36,519 nucleotides of DNA, from contig CAZUEB010000003.1 of NCBI GenBank assembly GCA_964619115.1, positions 2,764 to 39,282 on the forward strand. Direction: 5' to 3'. Position numbers and translations under genes: made by a program. This DNA is from an uncultured Dehalococcoidales bacterium (GTDB taxonomy: Bacteria > Chloroflexota > Dehalococcoidia > GIF9 > UBA5629). Below are positions 24,826 to 34,204 of this stretch, piece after piece. Position 1 is the first letter of the stretch, and each line of letters starts with the position of its first letter. Below the pieces are notes generated by a model. It was not told the DNA's origin, made no database searches, and was given only the letters and a program-made list of their open reading frames with translations.

Positions 24826-26685
24826 ATGTCTGGAATATGCGGCGCTATAGGAATCGAGAACGAGGCGCTATTGAAGAGGATGACGTCCCTCATGGAGCAC
24901 AGAGGTGAGATAGTCGAAGTCTCCGCCAATAATGGTGCCACGATTGCGGCAATCCGACGTGCAGATGAGCCTGGACTGTATAGCAAGAGAGCCACGTCTA
25001 TCGTGCTTGACCACGATATTTATGCCGTAGGCAACCGGCTGGTTGAAGACGATTCACAAATTTACCAGCACCTCGTAACTGCCGGTTCATCTAAAGGCAC
25101 TATAAAAGCTTTGAGGGGAAGCTTCGCTCTCGCCATAGTCAACACAGGCAGCAGCCACACAAAGCTAACTTTAGCCCGGGACATATACGGCACCAGGTCG
25201 TTGTATTACTTGCAGACCCGGCAGGCGCTTTTTTTTGCTTCGGAGATGAAATGTTTCCTGGCTCTTGAGGAATTTAAGCCGGAGGTCAACCCCGAAGCGC
25301 TGGGCTATTATCTGAGTTGCGGCTTTATCTCTGATAACCAGACTTTACTCAAACACGTTTACAAGGTCTTGCCCGGAGACATGGTGGAGCTTGAAAACGG
25401 AGAGGTTAGACATTGTAAATACTGGCACCCCATGCCCTGTGAGCAAGCGCCTTTAGATATGGACCACTGGACTCAAGCCACCTGGACAAACCTCAAAAAC
25501 GCCGCCACAGCCCAGTTGCCCGGGAAAGAAGGTAAGATAGGAGTAGCGCTGAGTGGGGGACTGGACTCATCTTTGATTGCCTCTGCTCTAAAACATGTCA
25601 GCCGAAACTCCAAAATACTAAGCTTCTCCCTGGACTATGGTGATGGTGATAGTTCTGAGCTGGACATGGCTGTAAAAATATCCAGATACCTGGATATGGA
25701 TTGTCGCATCGTCAAATTAGATACAGAAAAAATCGTAAGCGATCTGGAGCGATTGCAGTGGCTCTACGATGAACCTCTGGTAAAGTTCACCTTCATACCT
25801 ACCTATTATCTTATGCAAGCAGCCAGGGAGGAGGTGAAAACATTGTTCACCGGTGATGGTGGAGACGAGCTATTTATAGGCTATAGGAATGACTATTGGG
25901 AAGACCCCATGGTAATCAGCTTTTTCTCGAAGTTGGGACCAATCAGGAAACCAGCCTTGAAGGTGGGTAGGGGGTTGGCTATGCCCCTGGCTAACTGGAC
26001 CGGCTCGAAAACTCTGTCTTTAGCAGCAGAATTTTTCACCCGGGAGCATGCCAGTCATCCTGAATGGCAATATAGAATCGCCTCTCGAGTTTTTCATCCT
26101 TATTTCCCGGAGGAAGATCTGGCGAGAATGCTTAATGATGCCAGTTCGCAGGGGTTAACTGACAGCACAGTCAAAACCATAAATATGGCGAATTCCGGCA
26201 GTAACATCGAGAAAATATCACATGTCATGGTTAGCGGTGAACTCCCCAACGACCTGCTCAGGCTGGACAAATCTGTGGCGGCTACAGGGTTGAAAATAAG
26301 GTCTCCGCTGCTTGACCCGCCTATGACTGATTTTGCCCTGAGTATTCCGATATCGCTGAGGCACCGGCATGGGACGACCAAATACCTGCTCAGGAAGTTG
26401 ATTAATAGATACGACCTGCTGCCGCCGGAAGTAGCTGCCGGCAGGCAGAAAGCCGGGCTAACGGCGCCGATACATAAGTGGCTAACTGAAAGTTCATCAA
26501 GAGATTACTTTGATGCGCTGCTGCAGTCCAATGCCAGCCTCCCCAACCTGGATATGACTTATGCGCGTCGGTTCTATCCCCCAAAAACATATACTCAAAC
26601 CTTGAAAGCCTGGGACTTGATAGGCATACTATTGTGGGTGAAGACCTTTTTCACCCATGCGACCTTTTTAAAAAATAAAGGGTAA
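24826..26685 (+). CDS. Asparagine-synthase-family amidotransferase (AsnB-like, PP-loop ATP pyrophosphatase domain)
   Basis: ATG 24826 follows AAGGAG at 24810-24815; the track start at 24748 overlaps the methyltransferase. PP-loop VALSGGLDSS and FTGDGGDELF. The N-terminus is MSGICGAIG rather than the canonical MCG. Confidence 0.8.
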   Translation: MSGICGAIGIENEALLKRMTSLMEHRGEIVEVSANNGATIAAIRRADEPGLYSKRATSIVLDHDIYAVGNRLVEDDSQIYQHLVTAGSSKGTIKALRGSFALAIVNTGSSHTKLTLARDIYGTRSLYYLQTRQALFFASEMKCFLALEEFKPEVNPEALGYYLSCGFISDNQTLLKHVYKVLPGDMVELENGEVRHCKYWHPMPCEQAPLDMDHWTQATWTNLKNAATAQLPGKEGKIGVALSGGLDSSLIASALKHVSRNSKILSFSLDYGDGDSSELDMAVKISRYLDMDCRIVKLDTEKIVSDLERLQWLYDEPLVKFTFIPTYYLMQAAREEVKTLFTGDGGDELFIGYRNDYWEDPMVISFFSKLGPIRKPALKVGRGLAMPLANWTGSKTLSLAAEFFTREHASHPEWQYRIASRVFHPYFPEEDLARMLNDASSQGLTDSTVKTINMANSGSNIEKISHVMVSGELPNDLLRLDKSVAATGLKIRSPLLDPPMTDFALSIPISLRHRHGTTKYLLRKLINRYDLLPPEVAAGRQKAGLTAPIHKWLTESSSRDYFDALLQSNASLPNLDMTYARRFYPPKTYTQTLKAWDLIGILLWVKTFFTHATFLKNKG

Positions 26686-26785
26686 GATGGTTCAATCCTG
26701 AAATCTATCACTGGGAATACATTTTGAGATGGAATCTTGCTATCTCTGCGGTTATAGACTTGTAGGTTTTATGCTGTGTTCTTCA

Positions 26786-28246
26786 TCAGTTTGGCGGCGT
26801 AGCTAATTTCTTAGCCTCCCTGCTACCCTTTATCATGCCATAGATATAATCTAAAGCAACAGCACTTAAAATTATATAGCCCACAGTGCCCGGCGCTATG
26901 CTTTTATAAGAGGAACTAAAGAAAAATATATGCACCAGAGAAAAATATACCGGTAAAAGTGCCACCAGAAGCAGTGTTTTCCACCTTCTCCTCATAATCC
27001 ATACAGCAAATAGACTGAGCAAAATGGGGGTAATGGTAAACATTGCCCCAAGCCCTCTGCAAAGTACGATATTAAACGGGCTTTTCAATACTGCGGAAAT
27101 AAATTCACAAAAGTAAACCCCAAGCTCGCTAGAATAACCCAGACTGGAAGGAATTCTCCTGGCTAATAGGCTTAACCACCAGGATGGATGTTCTTTTATA
27201 GCATCCAAAACTTTTGGTTTAAAGAAATCATTATATTCAGGTGTAAAGATTTTACCTTCATAGCCCCAGCTTTTAGCCTGCTCGTAGGTTATGGTGTCAT
27301 CCAGTGCTGCTCCAGCAGGGTTTTCCCCGAATTCCCCAAAGCCTTCCCAGATAGTAACCCATAATCCAGGACCGCGCATAGCATAAGTAACAGTGCCAAG
27401 GATATTATAGTTTCTTACTACCCAGGGTGATATAAATAATATAAGAACTGCCATCATAATCACAGTAACTTTGATTGCCTTAAAGACATGTTTCTTTAAA
27501 TCTGCCCTGTGAAATTCGTGAAGAAACAAGACCAGCCCAAATATAAGCGGCAAAAGCATTATAGTTGGCTGGAAATAGCAACCGATACCAACTGAGATAG
27601 CTGACAAGATGTAAAATTTATTACCTCCGGTCCGTATAGCCACTATGAAAAAATACAGCGAAAGCAAGGTAATAAATGGCATCAAAGCATCATGCAGTAC
27701 CCAGGTCGATAGATACGCAATGGGAACCCATATAGAATACAGGAAAGCTGAAATCAGCCCGATTCTCTTGCTAAATAGCTCTCTGCCAATTAAAAATATC
27801 AGCAGGCAGCCGAATGAATCAATTATTGCCTGAATCACCCGTAGATAAATATACCTGTATTCCCCGAAAACCCAGAAGGTGCCAGCAAGCAAGAAACTGG
27901 TCCCCGGGGTAAACTGGTAAATTGGGCTGAAATGCTCTTCTTCAGGGGGAGGAATGTCTTGCAAATCTATTAACTTGTAGCCTTGCTGAAGACCAAGTAT
28001 GATGCCTACATAATTTTCATCGGCAACAAATCCTCTGCCTTCAACCAGGTTTCTCGCCCCCTCCCCGTGGAGAGCTGTTTCTCCGCTGTAAGGCGAGAGA
28101 AGATAATGAGATAGCATTCCGGTATAAGGCGTCGATATGCAAGTGCCAAATATTATGCCGAGCCTGATACCAAAAGCCAGGATAATGATAAGGATTAAGA
28201 ATTTATATAATTTGATTTTGTGCAGTAAGCCTGTAATCCGATTCAC
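26786..28246 (-). CDS. Polytopic membrane protein, GT-C-like (ArnT/PMT_2-type) glycosyltransferase candidate, paralogue 2
   Basis: 486 aa with many hydrophobic helices. The GTG start overlaps the upstream stop (GTGA). ARNLVEGRGF resembles the first-loop motif of family 39/83 GT-C enzymes. Long blocks are shared with the neighbouring ORF: VFGEYRYIYLR, QAIIDS, HDALMPF, CYFQPT. Confidence 0.6.
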   Translation of the reverse strand: MNRITGLLHKIKLYKFLILIIILAFGIRLGIIFGTCISTPYTGMLSHYLLSPYSGETALHGEGARNLVEGRGFVADENYVGIILGLQQGYKLIDLQDIPPPEEEHFSPIYQFTPGTSFLLAGTFWVFGEYRYIYLRVIQAIIDSFGCLLIFLIGRELFSKRIGLISAFLYSIWVPIAYLSTWVLHDALMPFITLLSLYFFIVAIRTGGNKFYILSAISVGIGCYFQPTIMLLPLIFGLVLFLHEFHRADLKKHVFKAIKVTVIMMAVLILFISPWVVRNYNILGTVTYAMRGPGLWVTIWEGFGEFGENPAGAALDDTITYEQAKSWGYEGKIFTPEYNDFFKPKVLDAIKEHPSWWLSLLARRIPSSLGYSSELGVYFCEFISAVLKSPFNIVLCRGLGAMFTITPILLSLFAVWIMRRRWKTLLLVALLPVYFSLVHIFFFSSSYKSIAPGTVGYIILSAVALDYIYGMIKGSREAKKLATPPN

Positions 28247-29727
28247 CGATTGCGCCTATCTGTTATTCTGCCATAAATATAGTCCAGAGCAATAGCACTG
28301 AAGACAATATAGGCTATACTTCCGGGCAATAAGCTTTTTCCGGCGCCGGACACGAATACTAGAGTATGAACCGCAGAGAAGTAAATTGGGACTGTGGCAA
28401 CCAATACCAGAGACCTCCAGTCCTTTCTCCTGACCCAAATCCCGGCTAAGCTGAGGAGAACGGGCACAATACCAAACGAAGCCACAAGAGCCCAGTAAAA
28501 TGTGGTATAGGGGTGCTCTATCACTAATCGAATAAGCGAGCCGTCTCTTGCGGCTGGCAGGTAATCCGCCCAGGTAACTCTCTGACTATCCCATTCTGCC
28601 CAGGATAAACCCTCAGGGCAACGTTCTTCAATGCCGAGTGCGTTCACATAGAAAATGGTTCTGGGAATCCTCCTTGCCAGGGCGCTGGCGTACCATCCTG
28701 GATGCTCCTTAACGAGGTTTAACATTTTTGGTTTGAATACCGCGTCGAAAGCAGGTGAGCCGAATTCAACGTCATAGCCCAGCTCTTCTCTGGCAATAGC
28801 CCATGCCGTGGCATCACAAAGCTTTGCTCCTATCGGATTATCCGGAAACTCGCCGATACCTTCCCACAGCCCAGCCCACATACCAATGCGCATGCTGGGA
28901 CTCAAAACTCCGGTGACGTGATAGTTCCTGATAATCCAGGGCAACACGATAGCAGTCAGGACTACCACCATCACAGCCGTCACCTTTGCCACATTTAATA
29001 ATTGAGCCCGGAAACCGGATTTACGGAGGCTATATATGAACAGACCCGCCCCGTATAGCAATGGCAGGAAAATCGCGGTTGGCTGGAAGTAGCAGCTTAT
29101 CCCCACGAAGACGGCTGAAAGCACGTAGAACTTCAGCGCCCCTCTGCGCACCCCCATTACGAAAAAGTAAAGAGAGGTCAATGTAAGGAATGGCATGAGG
29201 GCGTCATGTATTACCGCAGTCGCCAGGGCTGCGATTGGCAGGAAAACAGCATATATGCCCGCGGCTATCAGCCCCGTTCTTCTATTGAAAAGCTCCCTGG
29301 CTAGCAGGAATATCACGAGGCAACCAAGGGAGTCAATGATTGCCTGCAGTATGCGGAGATAGATGTATCTGTACTCTCCAAAAACCCAGTAGGTGGCTGC
29401 CAGCAGAGCGGGAGTCCCCGGTGTAAGCTGGTAGAAAGGTGTGAATTTCTCTTCTTCAGGCGGGGGAACATCTTCCAGGTCTACCATCACATTGCCCTCA
29501 CATATCAACCCGGTGATGCTTTCCACATACTGTCTATCAATAACATAGCCCCTGCCTTCCACAAGGTTCCTGGCAGCTTCACTGTTTAATGTCCACATGG
29601 TGTAGGAGCCTACACCCGAATTCCATATCAAACCAATCCGCACGCCCAGAGCCAGAAGACAGATGAGAAGAAGAGCAAGTTTCAGTGGGATGCCGGAATG
29701 AATGTTGCCAGGTGTCCTCTTGGGCAT
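28243..29727 (-). CDS. Polytopic membrane protein, GT-C-like (ArnT/PMT_2-type) glycosyltransferase candidate, paralogue 1
   Basis: 494 aa with the same architecture and motifs as 26786-28246 (AARNLVEGRGYV, VFGEYRYIYLR, HDALMPF, CYFQPT). It starts 3 nt after the stop of the small membrane protein gene. Confidence 0.6.
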   Translation of the reverse strand: MPKRTPGNIHSGIPLKLALLLICLLALGVRIGLIWNSGVGSYTMWTLNSEAARNLVEGRGYVIDRQYVESITGLICEGNVMVDLEDVPPPEEEKFTPFYQLTPGTPALLAATYWVFGEYRYIYLRILQAIIDSLGCLVIFLLARELFNRRTGLIAAGIYAVFLPIAALATAVIHDALMPFLTLTSLYFFVMGVRRGALKFYVLSAVFVGISCYFQPTAIFLPLLYGAGLFIYSLRKSGFRAQLLNVAKVTAVMVVVLTAIVLPWIIRNYHVTGVLSPSMRIGMWAGLWEGIGEFPDNPIGAKLCDATAWAIAREELGYDVEFGSPAFDAVFKPKMLNLVKEHPGWYASALARRIPRTIFYVNALGIEERCPEGLSWAEWDSQRVTWADYLPAARDGSLIRLVIEHPYTTFYWALVASFGIVPVLLSLAGIWVRRKDWRSLVLVATVPIYFSAVHTLVFVSGAGKSLLPGSIAYIVFSAIALDYIYGRITDRRNR

Positions 29728-29730
29728 GTA

Positions 29731-30093
29731 CTAGCTCCTCATGACGAGAAAGACCCCCAGGCAGACCAACACAGTGCCAATCCAAGCCCACAGGGTCACA
29801 TTCTCCTTAAGAAACAGTACACTGAATATGGTAACCAGCACGAAGGACAGTCCCATGAAGGGGTAGAGCCGGCTTAGTTCGCCCTTGGATAGCGCCACAA
29901 TCCATGCCAGAGCAGTAACCAGTACTGCAAATATGGCAGCAAGCACGTAAAGGTTGGTGAAAACCCCCGTGAAGAAGTGAATGAGTCCGCCAACTTCTGA
30001 AGGGGACTGTCCCAACTCAATCAATCCCTTCTTAAGCAGCAATTGTGCCGCAACCATGCCTGCCAGAGTAATCAGTAGTAGCACATATATCAT
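29731..30093 (-). CDS. Small four-helix DMT/SMR-like membrane protein (ArnE/ArnF- or EamA-half-like; candidate lipid-linked-sugar flippase subunit)
   Basis: 120 aa with four predicted helices. The LSRLYPFMGLSFVLVTIFSVLFLKENVTLWAWIGTVLVCLGVFLV pattern is typical of the family. It sits between the aminotransferase and the GT-C genes. Confidence 0.6.
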   Translation of the reverse strand: MIYVLLLITLAGMVAAQLLLKKGLIELGQSPSEVGGLIHFFTGVFTNLYVLAAIFAVLVTALAWIVALSKGELSRLYPFMGLSFVLVTIFSVLFLKENVTLWAWIGTVLVCLGVFLVMRS

Positions 30094-30108
30094 AATGCTC
30101 CCTTCGGT

Positions 30109-31236
30109 CTATCCGGCGGTCGACTCGTTAACCGCGCTAATTATATACTCCACTTCCTCGTCACTTAACTTGGGATATAGAGGCAGAGTTATGGTGCTGT
30201 CGCCTATTCTTTCGGCGATGGGGTACATGCCTCTCTTGTAACCAAAGGTTTGCCTGTAGAAAGTCAACAAATGAATTGCTCTGAAGTTCACTGCCACTCC
30301 AATTCCCTTACGCTGAAGTCGCCCCAATATTTTGTCGCGCTTCTCCGGCGGCACCAGGACTGTGAATAGATGTCTTGCGCTCTTCGAGTTGGCAAGCACT
30401 TTCGGATAAGACACTTGAGGATTATCCCTGAATGCCTCTTCATATCTCCGGCAGATAGCCTCACGCCTCTGCCAGTTTCTCTCAATCCTTTCCAATTGGT
30501 TCAGCAGGAGAGCAGCCTGAATGTTGCTCATGTTGTATTTCCAGCCCAGCATCTCCATGTCCCAGTGCTCGTATCTCCTGGAATACCTGTCAGCAGCTCC
30601 TTTGCTCATACCGTGCAGCCTTAGTTTCTTAAGCCTCTCGGCGATTTCTTCGCTATTGGTGCTAATGGCTCCACCTTCGCCTGATGTGATGTTCTTGGTA
30701 GCATAAAAGCTGAAACAGGCTGCGTCTCCCAGTTCGCCGGGTCTGGCGCTATCCCTTACCGCCTCTAGGGCATGTGCAGCGTCCTCGATGACAGCCAGAC
30801 GATGCGTATCTGCAATATTCTTAATTTTCCTCATATCGCACATCTGCCCGTACAGATGAACCGGCAAGATGGCTTTTGTCTTTGAGGTAATGGCGCTTTC
30901 AACTAAATCCGCGTTAATGTTTCCCGTTTCAGGTTCCACATCCACAAAAACAGGCGTTGCGCCAGCGTATATTATCGAGTTAGCGCTGGAGATAAATGTC
31001 ATCGGCGTGGTAATGACTTCGTCACCCGAACCAATACCGTATGCCAACAGGGCCAGGTGTAAAGCGGCTGTGCAACTGGTTACTCCCACGGTATATCTGC
31101 AGCCCAAATACCGCGACAACCTGTCCTCAAACTCATTAACCACTTCGCCAGTGGTCAGAAAAAGCGAATTCAGCACCTCGACCACATTGTCGATATCCCC
31201 CTGCTCGATATTGTGTTTGTAGAACTCAATCTTCAT
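30109..31236 (-). CDS. DegT/DnrJ/EryC1/StrS-family PLP-dependent NDP-sugar aminotransferase
   Basis: 375 aa. Motifs: TSCTAALHLAL, DEVITTPMTF, VIEDAAHA and the Schiff-base lysine context SFYATKNITSGEGG. Confidence 0.9.
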   Translation of the reverse strand: MKIEFYKHNIEQGDIDNVVEVLNSLFLTTGEVVNEFEDRLSRYLGCRYTVGVTSCTAALHLALLAYGIGSGDEVITTPMTFISSANSIIYAGATPVFVDVEPETGNINADLVESAITSKTKAILPVHLYGQMCDMRKIKNIADTHRLAVIEDAAHALEAVRDSARPGELGDAACFSFYATKNITSGEGGAISTNSEEIAERLKKLRLHGMSKGAADRYSRRYEHWDMEMLGWKYNMSNIQAALLLNQLERIERNWQRREAICRRYEEAFRDNPQVSYPKVLANSKSARHLFTVLVPPEKRDKILGRLQRKGIGVAVNFRAIHLLTFYRQTFGYKRGMYPIAERIGDSTITLPLYPKLSDEEVEYIISAVNESTAG

Positions 31237-31242
31237 TTTGAG

Positions 31243-32175
31243 CTACTTTTTCTCAGCCAGAACCAGCAGCGAAGTGCCAAAGGGCAAATCGAAATAGCGC
31301 AATAAAAATCTCTCCAACCTCAATAGTCCCAGAAAGACCTCGTTCACCACCGGGACCGTCCTTACTTCCAAAGACGACTTGACGTTTATCTTCCTGTTAT
31401 CTCTGCGGTGCCTGGCGTTGCCGATTAGCCTGATGGCAGCAAGCAGGGGGAACAGGAAAAACATGTAATATGATGCTTTCTTTACAGCAAAGCCAGCCTG
31501 TTCTAGTTTGGTCACCATCTCCAGCTTGCTATACCGGCGCTTGTGGCTTGAAGCCTCGTCAAAATAGCTCCAGAGAAACCTGTGTGCTGGTACAGTCAAT
31601 ATCAAGTTCCCTTCACTTTTTAGAGTACGGCTCATTTCTGCCAGCGCCTTCTTGTCATCGTCGATATGCTCCAGTACATCGAAGGCTCCTATTACGTCGA
31701 ATTTATCATTAAATGGGAGAGCCAGTATATTTATCTGATATAGAGCAACAGAGCCGGCTCGCTTTCGGCAAAAATTCAAGCCCTCAAGAAAAATATCTCC
31801 ACCTTCGATGTTAATCCCGTTCTGCTTCAAGTACCATAATATGTTCCCATTACCACAGCCAGTTTCAAGCATCCTGGACCCGGCTAAGTCGGGGATGTCC
31901 CTTCTAAGTACATCCAGAATTATTTCCCTTCTTCCCACATGCCAGAAGTGTTTCTGCTCCATCTCAAACAGAAACTCAAAAGCCGAAGCATCAAAGCTGC
32001 CTGCGGTTACATATTGGTCAACAAATGAGGGGATGCCATCAATTATGGGAAAGGAACGAGCACAGCTCCGGCAGAAATACCCTTCGTCCAGTTGTTCCAG
32101 AGGGTTTCTGCAGTTCGGACAGCACAACATGGGCGGATAAACACCGGAAACTTTAGTGGTACTCAACCTTGCCAT
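31243..32175 (-). CDS. Class I SAM-dependent methyltransferase with an N-terminal Trm112-like zinc ribbon
   Basis: CPNCRNPLEQLDEGYFCRSCARSFPIIDGIPSF, then motif I LETGCGNGNIL and DVIGAFDVLEHI. The start is either ATG 32175 (overlapping rfbB by 23 nt) or ATG 32130 (MLCCPNC...). Confidence 0.8.
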   Translation of the reverse strand: MARLSTTKVSGVYPPMLCCPNCRNPLEQLDEGYFCRSCARSFPIIDGIPSFVDQYVTAGSFDASAFEFLFEMEQKHFWHVGRREIILDVLRRDIPDLAGSRMLETGCGNGNILWYLKQNGINIEGGDIFLEGLNFCRKRAGSVALYQINILALPFNDKFDVIGAFDVLEHIDDDKKALAEMSRTLKSEGNLILTVPAHRFLWSYFDEASSHKRRYSKLEMVTKLEQAGFAVKKASYYMFFLFPLLAAIRLIGNARHRRDNRKINVKSSLEVRTVPVVNEVFLGLLRLERFLLRYFDLPFGTSLLVLAEKK

Positions 32176-33184
32176 CCCTTGTCTTTATAGGCACGTGCCT
32201 CATCCACAGTAGCTTCTGCCACCAGGCGGGATTTTGCTGGTACCACTCAATGGTCCTGGCGAGACCGTCTTCGAAATCAGTCTGTGCCTTCCAGCCCAAC
32301 ACACTCAAAGCCTTATTGGTAGAAGAAATATGCTTACTCACCTGCCCGGGACGGTCTCCAATTTGTGTAATCAGCGATTTTGGCTTATCGAGAATATCCA
32401 GGACCATCTCCGCAATTGTCATGACAGCAGTGTCCCTCCCTGTGCCGATGTTAATCACCTCTCCCTTCACCTTGTCTAGATTTGTATGCATTACCTTATC
32501 AAGCGCCTGGCACACATCTTCCACGTAGACCCAGTCTCTGGTATTATCTCCTGAGCCGTGAACGGTCAGCGGTTCGTCCAACAAAGCGCTGGTGATAAAG
32601 CGGGGAATCACCTTCTCCAGATGCTGATTAGGGCCGTAGTTGTTGAAGGGCCGTATGATAATTGCCGGTAGACCATAGGTCACCCAATAAGAATAGACCA
32701 GCCTGTCAGCACCAGCTTTGGCGCTGGCGTAAGGGCTTGCCGGGTTCAAAGGGTGCTCTTCGGTCATTGGTGTTTCTGTAGCCGTGCCATATACCTCAGA
32801 GGTGGAGATGTGAATAAACCTCTTGACGGAATCCCGGTTTTTCAGCATAGCATTTGCCACCGTCTGGGTTCCCAGAACGTCGGTTTCAAAGAAGACAGCG
32901 TTGTCAAAAATTGACCTGGCGACATGGGACTCAGCGGCGAAGTGAAAGACGACATCTGATTTTGCCACCAGGTCATTGACCAGTTCCCCATTCCTCACAT
33001 TGCCATACCAGAAACTGAACCTCGAATCCTTCTTGATGTTATCCGGGATATTGTCGGTATTGCCGGCATAGGTAAGAGCATCGAGGACGATGATGTTGTA
33101 ATCAGGGTAATGCTCAAATATATAACGCACAAAATTACTGCCGATGAAACCAGCCCCACCCGTAATTAGGATATTCTGCTTCAA
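32153..33184 (-). CDS. rfbB: dTDP-glucose 4,6-dehydratase
   Basis: Motifs: ILITGGAGFIGSNFVRYI, STSEVYG, SPYASAKAGADRLV. The preferred start is TTG 33184 (MKQNILITGG), 6 nt after AAGGAG and overlapping the upstream stop (TTGA). The track start at ATG 33205 is the alternative. Confidence 0.9.
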   Translation of the reverse strand: MKQNILITGGAGFIGSNFVRYIFEHYPDYNIIVLDALTYAGNTDNIPDNIKKDSRFSFWYGNVRNGELVNDLVAKSDVVFHFAAESHVARSIFDNAVFFETDVLGTQTVANAMLKNRDSVKRFIHISTSEVYGTATETPMTEEHPLNPASPYASAKAGADRLVYSYWVTYGLPAIIIRPFNNYGPNQHLEKVIPRFITSALLDEPLTVHGSGDNTRDWVYVEDVCQALDKVMHTNLDKVKGEVINIGTGRDTAVMTIAEMVLDILDKPKSLITQIGDRPGQVSKHISSTNKALSVLGWKAQTDFEDGLARTIEWYQQNPAWWQKLLWMRHVPIKTRDGKVEYH

Positions 33185-34176
33185 CTTGTTCTCCTTCTTA
33201 TCCATTTGTGAAATGTATGCCTTGCATCAAGTATTTGCCACATCAATGTTGCATAGCCTCTCTGAACTGGATAATTATTAACGTGGGTGGGACCTTCGAT
33301 AATGTCTGCTTTTCCCTTTAGCCATTTCATGCCGGCCAGGGTTAGAGCTTTGAAAATACCCATCCCATGTGCGTCGGGATGGATACCGCAAATGCCATAT
33401 GAACCAACTCTTATGCCGAGTAACTCTTCAGCTAAACCTGGCTTTTTCCAAACAGAATATCCAACAATTCTCTTGTCTAATTGGGCTACAAAAACAATAT
33501 CTGCATAGCCCCGGTAAGCATTTTTTGCCCATCTCGCATACAGTTCACTCGCGCCCTTTCGGGCAAGCCTCTTGTCAGTATGAAAACGACCAAAGTGGTT
33601 TCTGAATGCTACCAGGGCTACCTCAGCAATATCCTTATCCTCTCCCTTTTGAATGGGCCTGATAATACATGGAGGTTCAAAGTCCTCTATTGGATACCTC
33701 CTGAAATCGAAGGCATAGTCCAACAACGTATCCATCAATCTAAACCGATTTTTTTCAAGTGCGTGAATACTGGCGATGTCGTCTGTATTAACTTTGCATG
33801 ATAGGTGCTCAATTCCCATTTCTATACATTGTCCACATATAGTTGCTATTAGCCTGTCTTTAATTATTTCTGTTTTTATGCGGGAATCATCTGCGATTAA
33901 ATGTTCTACCTTCGCCATTCTTATTCCAAATACAGTGGAATCCCACTCTAACTCTTCTATGATTCCTAGACCTACTGCCTTGCCTTTCATGCAAGCAACA
34001 TAGGGAGTTTTCAATTTGTCGGTAAGAGTTTCCAGAATTTGATTATAGAAATAGTCATTCAATTTTTCTGCCGGTATCTCTCTCAGTAAATATCGGTAGG
34101 GTTTAAAGTTTGTACTAATAACCAGCCTTCTAACTTCATCTAAATGAGACCTATTAAGCAATACTACATCTACCAT
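33181..34176 (-). CDS. GNAT-fold N-acetyltransferase, WecD/RffC-like (dTDP-4-amino-4,6-dideoxyhexose acetyltransferase) with about 70-aa N-terminal extension
   Basis: LEWDSTVFGIRMAKV parallels the WecD N-terminal LTWENAFFG motif. FRNHFGRFHTDKRL...LYARWAKNAYRG parallels WecD SRFRAPWY...FYAQWIENAVRG. The acetyl-CoA loop is HPDAHGMGIFKAL. AGGAAG lies upstream of the ATG. Confidence 0.7.
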   Translation of the reverse strand: MVDVVLLNRSHLDEVRRLVISTNFKPYRYLLREIPAEKLNDYFYNQILETLTDKLKTPYVACMKGKAVGLGIIEELEWDSTVFGIRMAKVEHLIADDSRIKTEIIKDRLIATICGQCIEMGIEHLSCKVNTDDIASIHALEKNRFRLMDTLLDYAFDFRRYPIEDFEPPCIIRPIQKGEDKDIAEVALVAFRNHFGRFHTDKRLARKGASELYARWAKNAYRGYADIVFVAQLDKRIVGYSVWKKPGLAEELLGIRVGSYGICGIHPDAHGMGIFKALTLAGMKWLKGKADIIEGPTHVNNYPVQRGYATLMWQILDARHTFHKWIRRRTS

Positions 34177-34204
34177 CTTCCTGATTTATCCTGACTTCAA
34201 ATAT

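Noticed and set aside
26686-26710. tRNA-like T-arm motif GGTTCAATCC in the convergent intergenic region
   Set aside because: The flanking bases do not form a T-stem, and no acceptor, D or anticodon arms can be drawn. The upstream 60 nt are the end of the AsnB-like CDS.
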